From a virus (lineage: Duplodnaviria > Caudoviricetes): 43,110 nucleotides of DNA. Positions 36,879 to 43,110 of the stretch are shown here, in pieces. The stretch's first letter is position 1. Each line of letters opens with the position of its first letter. The notes under the pieces were generated by a model, which did no database searches, had not been told where the DNA came from, and saw only the letters and a list, made by a program, of their open reading frames with translations. The DNA lies in the IMG/VR virus record IMGVR_UViG_3300038315_001378, positions 1-43,110 of that record; one strand, given 5' to 3'. The translations under genes were made by a program, and so were the position numbers.

Positions 36879-38069
36879 ATGAGATATATGTTTATTTATA
36901 AAAAAGAAAACCAATTACCAATTAAAAGCTGGATATTAGAGGAAGATTATAATGCTGATGAGAAAATGGTTGAACAAGTAGAGAATTTAGCTAAATTACC
37001 ATTTGCTTTTCAGCACGTTGCTTTACTTCCAGATGGACACGTCGGCTACGGCATGCCTATTGGCGGAATTATGGCAACTAAAAATGTAATTGTTCCGAAT
37101 GCGGTTGGTGTAGATATTGGATGTGGAGTTTGTGCTGTCAAAACTTCTTTAACAGAAATTGATACAGAAATACTTAAAAAAATAATGGGAGAGATTAGGA
37201 AATTGATACCGCTTGGGTTTAAGAGGCATAAAGAAGGACAGGACATGGACTGGGAATTTGCAGGAGAGGGTGAAATACCTAAAATCTGCTTGCAAGAGTG
37301 GAGTAATGCAAGCAAATCTTTAGGCACTCTCGGCGGAGGCAATCATTTTATAGAAATTCAAAAAGGCGACGACGGACATATTTGGATTATGCTACATAGC
37401 GGAAGCAGGAATTTAGGATTTACTGTTGCCAATTTCTATAACAGATTAGCGGTAAAATTAAACCAAAAATGGCATAGTCAAGTGCCTAAAGAATGGGAAT
37501 TAGCCTTTTTGCTAGTTGATAGTGAAGAAGGACAAAAATATATCGAAGAAATGCGATATTGTGTTGAATATGCTTTGGCTAATAGGGAGTTAATGATGGA
37601 TAGAATTTTAGATATAATACGGGAAAAGATAGGTGGATTTGGTTATACTTGGGACAACATGATAAATATAGCCCATAACTACGCGGCTTTAGAAAACCAT
37701 TTTGGTCAAAATGTCTGGGTGCATAGAAAAGGAGCAACACGAGCCAGAGAAGGGCAGTTGGGAATAATCCCAGGAAGTCAAGGAACAAATAGCTACATTG
37801 TAAGAGGCAAGGGCAACCCAGATAGTTTTGAGTCTTGCTCACATGGAGCAGGCAGAAAAATGGGACGAAAAGAAGCAAAATGTAATTTGAATTTAGAAGA
37901 AGAAATTAAAAAGTTAAAGGATAAAAATGTGATACACGGAATTAGAGGAATTAGAGACTTAGACGAGGCCCCTGGAGCGTATAAGGATATTAACACTGTA
38001 ATCCAAAACCAAAAAGATTTAATTGATGTAGCGGTTATATTATATCCTTTAGCGGTAATTAAAGGATAA
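36879..38069 (+). CDS. rtcB: RtcB-family RNA ligase
   Basis: PDGHVGYG, AVGVDIGCG, GTLGGGNHF, HSGSR, HN, HRKGAT, SCSHGAGR, DEAPGAYK motifs intact. Confidence 0.96.
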   Translation: MRYMFIYKKENQLPIKSWILEEDYNADEKMVEQVENLAKLPFAFQHVALLPDGHVGYGMPIGGIMATKNVIVPNAVGVDIGCGVCAVKTSLTEIDTEILKKIMGEIRKLIPLGFKRHKEGQDMDWEFAGEGEIPKICLQEWSNASKSLGTLGGGNHFIEIQKGDDGHIWIMLHSGSRNLGFTVANFYNRLAVKLNQKWHSQVPKEWELAFLLVDSEEGQKYIEEMRYCVEYALANRELMMDRILDIIREKIGGFGYTWDNMINIAHNYAALENHFGQNVWVHRKGATRAREGQLGIIPGSQGTNSYIVRGKGNPDSFESCSHGAGRKMGRKEAKCNLNLEEEIKKLKDKNVIHGIRGIRDLDEAPGAYKDINTVIQNQKDLIDVAVILYPLAVIKG

Positions 38070-38094
38070 AATAAGATTTTTTTTGCTAAAAATA

Positions 38095-38122
38095 AAAAAA
38101 CAGATGCTAGATCTGTTTTTTT
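38095..38122. terminator. Bidirectional intrinsic terminator
   Basis: AAAAAACAGAT-GCTAG-ATCTGTTTTTTT between convergent genes. Confidence 0.7.
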
Positions 38123-38151
38123 ATGTGATATATGTTAAAAGGACGATATTA

Positions 38152-38295
38152 TTATTTGCCAGATTTAAAGAATTTCTCTAAAGCTCGTCGCGTGGTTTCA
38201 GGTATAGATATTCTTTGTTTGAAACTGTAAATTCGTAACTGTTCATAGACCTGTTTAGGAATGTTGACCGCTAAGCGGTATATGTCTTTTTTCAT
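38152..38295 (-). CDS. Ribbon-helix-helix (CopG/Arc-like) protein
   Basis: MKKDIYRLAVNIPKQVYEQLRIYSFKQRISIPETTRRALEKFF, read by hand. Confidence 0.65.
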   Translation of the reverse strand: MKKDIYRLAVNIPKQVYEQLRIYSFKQRISIPETTRRALEKFFKSGK

Positions 38296-38341
38296 AGTTT
38301 TTGCCTTGACACTTAGCCCAGAATGCGCTAAGATACAAGTG

Positions 38342-38662
38342 TTAATTAGGTATTGTATCGATAATTATTTTGTTTTGATTGTGGGTGTCAATAATTAAGT
38401 ATTCTTTAATATCGCTAAAAGTTTTTTTCATTTCTTCTTTTATTTTTTTAAGCGTGTTTTTGCTGTAAACACATATACCAGAAGAGGGAAAGATTGATTT
38501 AGATAATGTCTTTTCTTCGGAAGCAAAAATACTGTACTCCAGGTAGCCGACCATGCCGAAACAATTTTCAAATTCAAGCATTAGGACAAATCGTTTATAT
38601 TTATAATGTTCTTTTTTTGCTCTTTCTATTTCGCTGTTTATTAGTTTTTGTTTTTTTGTCAT
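38342..38662 (-). CDS. Hypothetical protein
   Basis: 106-aa ORF in the leftward operon. Confidence 0.6.
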   Translation of the reverse strand: MTKKQKLINSEIERAKKEHYKYKRFVLMLEFENCFGMVGYLEYSIFASEEKTLSKSIFPSSGICVYSKNTLKKIKEEMKKTFSDIKEYLIIDTHNQNKIIIDTIPN

Positions 38663-38747
38663 TGTTTTTTAAGGTAGAAGTTGAGACGGGGTATTCGCCC
38701 CGCCCCAATTTCTACTTTTGTAGATAAAAAAATTCAGTGCTTTACAT

Positions 38748-39533
38748 TTAAAAGCCTATTCTTCTAATCGATCCCATGCGGTCATAATGTGTATCATTTC
38801 GTAGCTGGCTGCGATCATCAAAACCATAATACTGATCATAATACCGATAACCGTAATAAGGATTGGCAGTAAAGCTTTTTTTGAGTTGCTTAATTGTCTG
38901 TGTTGGGCTCATAAGTAAATTAACGCCGTTAATATCATAATCGATTGATCCATAGTCGTCATCAAGGCTATGGGAAGACGCGATTAACGCGTTGTTCATT
39001 GCGTACATTTCAAAATCGCCCATTAAGTATATTTGTTTTTTGTCTGGATTGACATGTAGAGTTTTGCCGATCAGGTTATAGTTTTTAGCTTTTTGAACAA
39101 TTTTAAGGTGGTTGAGTTTATTAGGAAACAGATATTTTTTATGATTATTGAAAAAGTCTAAACTATCACTCTCGGAAAGGTCATTGCTTTTTTTGGCGCA
39201 AAAGCCATTGTGTCCAAAAAACCAGCCATTATGTTGCCAGAGATGAATATTTTTAGCGGTTGTTGCGCCAGCAGTATTAGCTCGTAAATGAATAATTATA
39301 TTATCTTTAGTTTTGATTATTTTATCTAATTTTTTTCTAATTTTTTTGTTCTTGATTTTTAGGAATTTCAACAAAACGCGGTCTTGGTCTTTGCTGTCAT
39401 TGTTGTAGGCTAGTAACGCCAAGCCGTCATTGTTGTAATGTTTCCAGTGAATAATTTGGTTGATTATTTTATTTCTTGGTTTTTGTTTTAATTTTTGATT
39501 TGTTTTTTGGTTGATTGATATTATTCTACACAT
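38748..39533 (-). CDS. Class II (Ntn) glutamine amidotransferase-like protein
   Basis: N-terminal Met-Cys, NNDG, IHLRANT.G, NIH, GHNG, SDS motifs. Confidence 0.82.
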   Translation of the reverse strand: MCRIISINQKTNQKLKQKPRNKIINQIIHWKHYNNDGLALLAYNNDSKDQDRVLLKFLKIKNKKIRKKLDKIIKTKDNIIIHLRANTAGATTAKNIHLWQHNGWFFGHNGFCAKKSNDLSESDSLDFFNNHKKYLFPNKLNHLKIVQKAKNYNLIGKTLHVNPDKKQIYLMGDFEMYAMNNALIASSHSLDDDYGSIDYDINGVNLLMSPTQTIKQLKKSFTANPYYGYRYYDQYYGFDDRSQLRNDTHYDRMGSIRRIGF

Positions 39534-39559
39534 AGTTGTAATATTAATTAAAGGGTTTA

Positions 39560-40273
39560 TTAATTTAAGTTTTGTCCTAATTCTTGTGCGATTGGTTCAA
39601 CAGTTAGTTCATAATCGTATGTATTATCTGCATAAAAATATGGCTCGGATATATAGTCATAATGATCAGCGTTATTTAATGTAGTTGTTTTCTTCTTACA
39701 GAACATCTGCTTGGCATTATCGTTGTATGCTTTGACTAAGAACCCCAGAAACTTATTGACATTATCGATTTTATGCGAACAAGCAGAAAAAAACCTAAAC
39801 TCTAGTGTTTCTATGGGATGATTGCGGAAAAACCTGTACTTTTCATATCTTTTAATTTCTTTGTGGGTGTTAATAATGTCTTGATATTTTCTGCAATAGG
39901 TGTTGTTTTGCAGTCTGTCTTGGACGCATAGACACAATTCACTTTCAGCATATTTTTGTAATTTCTGGATCAGCGTAAAATCAAGAATAAAGTTAGTGAG
40001 TTTATGTTTTTTTGGCTTGATGTGTACATGTAAGCCGCAAGTCTGATTAGACCGATAGACGTCTGAAGTGAACATTTTAAGTTTTTCCATCATGGCATTG
40101 AAAGTTTGAAAAATACCAAGATCGATTTCTTCGCCTCGCCAGTCATAGTTATGATCGATATTAACGCTACCATCCTCTTTTGGGTTTTCAATCCCTAGAC
40201 GATCTAGGATGTTTTCATGAAACGAGCCCTCTAGCTCGAAGCCATAAGTGAATGAATTTTTGTTAATTAGCAT
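39560..40273 (-). CDS. Putative amidoligase (COOH-NH2 ligase family)
   Basis: YGFELEG, EDGSV, NQTCGLHVHI, TLEFRFF motifs. Confidence 0.82.
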   Translation of the reverse strand: MLINKNSFTYGFELEGSFHENILDRLGIENPKEDGSVNIDHNYDWRGEEIDLGIFQTFNAMMEKLKMFTSDVYRSNQTCGLHVHIKPKKHKLTNFILDFTLIQKLQKYAESELCLCVQDRLQNNTYCRKYQDIINTHKEIKRYEKYRFFRNHPIETLEFRFFSACSHKIDNVNKFLGFLVKAYNDNAKQMFCKKKTTTLNNADHYDYISEPYFYADNTYDYELTVEPIAQELGQNLN

Positions 40274-40302
40274 AAGAATAAATGTAACTTACTATAATCA
40301 TC

Positions 40303-40776
40303 TTAAATTTGGAAAGTGATTTTAGCAGTTACTTTTTTTTCACTGATTAGATTTGTCCATAAGTTTTTTGCAAAGTCGGCTAATGTTCGCACATATTTTT
40401 CAAAATCTATGTTATCCGCGTTACTCCACTCTTTAGCTGTAACATAAATTCCTTTGCTCGCGCCGACTGTCCGTAATATCGCAATATTATTTTCATTATT
40501 TTGGATTAAGCTTTTGCCGTAATCATCAAAGAGACTTAGGCACATAGAGTTAATTCTTGGTGTTATTACTTTTTTATAGTTTTCAGTTTCTTTGTAAAAT
40601 TTAGCCGATTTCTGTGTGCCGTTGGTGGTGTGCCACATGGTTGATGTTTGTTTTTGATTTTTGCACAGTTTTTTGAAAAAACTTTCAAATTTAGGAGGAA
40701 TTTTGATGTAAATATCTGTCTGCTCAAGGTTGCGTCTTATTTCTAATTCGATTTGACATTTTTTATTGTTTGGCAT
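40303..40776 (-). CDS. Hypothetical protein
   Basis: Track ORF 40303-40803; MPNNKK start more likely. Confidence 0.6.
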   Translation of the reverse strand: MPNNKKCQIELEIRRNLEQTDIYIKIPPKFESFFKKLCKNQKQTSTMWHTTNGTQKSAKFYKETENYKKVITPRINSMCLSLFDDYGKSLIQNNENNIAILRTVGASKGIYVTAKEWSNADNIDFEKYVRTLADFAKNLWTNLISEKKVTAKITFQI

Positions 40777-40845
40777 ATTTTTTAGCCCTTGACTAAACCG
40801 CATAATTAGCGGTATAATCTAAGGGGCGGTTAGCATAGTTTTTGA

Positions 40846-41241
40846 TTAGATAAAATATAATTTATTATTATATTCTAGGCTGATTGCCTCTTGTTTTAAT
40901 TCCTTTTTAAGCTCGATTGCGTATTGAAGTATGGTTTGCATTGATCGTTTTACTTGTTTGGTGGTCGCAAATGACTCAACGATAGTGATATTTTCTACTA
41001 TCAATCCCTTGTTAGCAGAAGTCCACGCGCCTTTGGCTTGGTAGCTGGTCGCGCCGCCAAATTGCTTGGAGAAAACAGATAATGTTTTTTTGACATATTT
41101 TTTAGTGCTGATTTTCTGGTTGATATCAAAGGTGCTAGGAATATATATCTTGATGTTGTGGCTAAGAGGAAACAGACCCTTTAGCTCTTTGATTTGTTTT
41201 TCTTGTTTCATGTTTTTTGTATCATCTATCACAGCCCGCAA
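40846..41241 (-). CDS. Hypothetical protein
   Basis: IKIYIPST...FGGATS...GAW...LKQEAISLE; start uncertain. Confidence 0.65.
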   Translation of the reverse strand: MRAVIDDTKNMKQEKQIKELKGLFPLSHNIKIYIPSTFDINQKISTKKYVKKTLSVFSKQFGGATSYQAKGAWTSANKGLIVENITIVESFATTKQVKRSMQTILQYAIELKKELKQEAISLEYNNKLYFI

Positions 41242-41353
41242 GCCGTGATGATGATATATTAATTAGTGTGTGGGAACTGCTAAGCAGTGATAATCTCTAG
41301 TTAATAACTTATAGATTGATTTGCCAGCAGTTCCCTTGTCTTAATCTACTATT

Positions 41354-41496
41354 ATAATAGCGCAATACAGCAATGTTGTCAAGTGTTAATGCAACAGCTC
41401 AATTAAGGCATATTCTAGCCTGTGGATAACTCCTTATTTTTTTTTGATAAAATAAAAATTAAAAAAGCTTGACAAGAAAAACAGGTGTGTTATAGT
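41354..41496. promoter_or_regulatory. Divergent promoter pair with central DnaA box
   Basis: Leftward TTGACA (41382-41377) - 17 - TATTAT; TGTGGATAA 41421-41429; rightward TTGACA (41469-41474) - 16 - TATAGT with TG. Confidence 0.65.
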
Positions 41497-41689
41497 GCAA
41501 TCAATGGACTAAGGAGGCATTTAAGACTTTTTTTTGCGACGCAGAAAATTGCTAAAAATGTCTCCTTTTATTTTTACAATTTGTAGGCGATCTGAAAATC
41601 CCTAAGCTTAGGTAATAAGTTTAGGGATTTTATTTTTGGAAAATGATTAAAAAAAAAAGACAAAACCAAGAAAAAAACTTAAAAAAATC

Positions 41690-42100
41690 TTGACTGAAAA
41701 ACAAAAAAAGCTTTTAATTGAGATTAAAAAAAATCTCGGCAATGATAAAATTCAAACAAAAAAAACCGTTAAGCAAATGCTAAAAAACGCAGGATATAGC
41801 GAAAGTTCAGCAGCCCAACAGAGCACTATTTTTGCGCCGCTTTATGAAAAACCAGAAACAAGAGACATTGTCAAGCAGTTGGAAGAAAAAAGACAAATCG
41901 CGATAGACTGCCTATCGGAAATCAAGATCGCTGAAGAAGAAGGCAAGGACATTACAGCGATAATTGATAATCTGACTAAGAATATAGAGTTATTGAGCGG
42001 CAGAGCCACAACCCGAGAAGAGGGAAAACTAACAAAAGAGCAAATTGATGAAATTATCGAACGCCGAGCAAAATCAAATAATACAAGCAGGAAGGTATAG
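41690..42100 (+). CDS. terS: Terminase small subunit (putative)
   Basis: TEKQKK, NAGYSESSA motifs and IELLSGRAT tail; directly upstream of and overlapping TerL. Confidence 0.72.
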   Translation: MTEKQKKLLIEIKKNLGNDKIQTKKTVKQMLKNAGYSESSAAQQSTIFAPLYEKPETRDIVKQLEEKRQIAIDCLSEIKIAEEEGKDITAIIDNLTKNIELLSGRATTREEGKLTKEQIDEIIERRAKSNNTSRKV

Positions 42101-43110
42101 CTTAATAGATTTTTCTATAATAATGCAGAGAGAATACAAACCTAGCTGGCTACATGAGGAGATAGCAGACAAGCTCGAGGCAGTAGAGCAAGGAAAAATA
42201 AAGAGATTGATGTTGTTTGTGCCTCCTAGACACGGAAAAAGCCAACTAGCGAGCATTAATTTCCCAGCTTGGTATTTAGGAAGAAACCCAAGAAGAGAGA
42301 TAATAATAGCAAGCTACAGCGGAGAATTGGCCACAGATTTTGGCGGGAAAACTAGGGAGCTGATAGCAGATCCTATCTATAGAGATATTTTTAGCAGAGT
42401 TGCCTTAAAAAAAGATGAGAAAGCAAAAGCAAAATGGCTTACAACGCAGAAAGGAAGCTATACAGCGGTAGGAGTAGGCGGAGCTATTACAGGCAGAGGA
42501 GCGGACATATTTTTGATTGATGATCCTCTTAAGAATGAAGAAGAAGCAGAGAGCGAGCTTATAAGAGCTAAAAGCTGGAATTGGTACAGATCTACAGCCT
42601 ATACTCGACTTGAAAAAGACGCGGCTGTAATACTGATTATGACAAGATGGCATTTAGACGATTTAGCGGGCAGATTATTAGAGGAAGCTCGAGCAGGCGG
42701 TGACGAGTGGACTATTGTTAAATTCCCGGCCATAGCCTTAAGAGATGAGCAACATAGGCTCAAGGGCCAGGCATTATGGCCAGAAAAGTATGACTTAAAA
42801 GAGCTAGAAGCAAAAAAAAGAGTATCAGGGCCATATTATTGGTCATCACTATATCAGCAAGAGCCTATTTTAAGCGAAAATCAAGAGTTTTTAAAAAGCT
42901 GGTTTCAAAAAACTGCTTGGGAAGATGTAAAAAAACTTAAGACATATAATTATTTAACGATAGATACGGCAATAAGTGAAAAGGCAAGTGCTGACTATAC
43001 TGGCATATGCCGTAACTTTATTCACGTAACAGAGGATAACCAGATATTCTGGCATTTGTCGGCCTACAGGATACGGATCAATCCTAAGGAATTAATAGAG
43101 TTGATTTTCA
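42048..43110 (+). CDS. terL: Terminase large subunit, N-terminal ATPase part (absent from ORF track because it runs off the end)
   Basis: MKLSNAEQ...RLMLFVPPRHGKSQLAS (Walker A), GVGGAITGRGADIFLIDDP (Walker B), IMTRWHLDDLAG. Confidence 0.95.
   Translation, partial: MKLSNAEQNQIIQAGRYSLIDFSIIMQREYKPSWLHEEIADKLEAVEQGKIKRLMLFVPPRHGKSQLASINFPAWYLGRNPRREIIIASYSGELATDFGGKTRELIADPIYRDIFSRVALKKDEKAKAKWLTTQKGSYTAVGVGGAITGRGADIFLIDDPLKNEEEAESELIRAKSWNWYRSTAYTRLEKDAAVILIMTRWHLDDLAGRLLEEARAGGDEWTIVKFPAIALRDEQHRLKGQALWPEKYDLKELEAKKRVSGPYYWSSLYQQEPILSENQEFLKSWFQKTAWEDVKKLKTYNYLTIDTAISEKASADYTGICRNFIHVTEDNQIFWHLSAYRIRINPKELIELIF
42766..43110. repeat. Terminal direct repeat / assembly overlap, right copy
   Basis: Matches 1-345. 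Confidence 0.95.

Noticed and set aside
1-43110. Alternative genetic code or tRNA genes
   Set aside because: Long ORFs are intact under code 11 with TAA, TGA and TAG all ending ORFs; no tRNA cloverleaf recognised by eye

Overview
The window is an apparently complete, circularly permuted ~42,765-bp dsDNA phage genome. Positions 42766-43110 repeat 1-345, and the terminase large subunit runs across that junction. The layout is podovirus-like: TerS/TerL, portal, scaffold, major capsid, decoration and LamG fibre proteins, adaptor and nozzle, then two large putative ejected proteins, one with an ADP-ribosyltransferase-like insert. These are followed by a DNA methyltransferase, RusA, a cysteine-peptidase/holin lysis region, two iteron-containing replication-initiator-like genes, a DnaB-like ATPase, RtcB and an oppositely oriented operon with an amidoligase and a class II glutamine amidotransferase. 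No integrase was recognised. AT-rich, mostly Shine-Dalgarno-less starts suggest a CPR/Patescibacteria-like host, which is inference only. The standout locus is 29453-31390, a compact type V-like CRISPR module without cas1/cas2. It comprises a promoter, a structured tracrRNA-like RNA with a 27-nt anti-repeat, a 375-aa IS605-type TnpB homolog whose three RuvC motifs all appear lost, and a 7-repeat array with its own promoters. The repeat resembles a Cas12a repeat read in reverse. This is a candidate phage-encoded, multi-guide, RNA-guided DNA-binding or repressor system. All family assignments are by-eye motif recognition; no searches were run.
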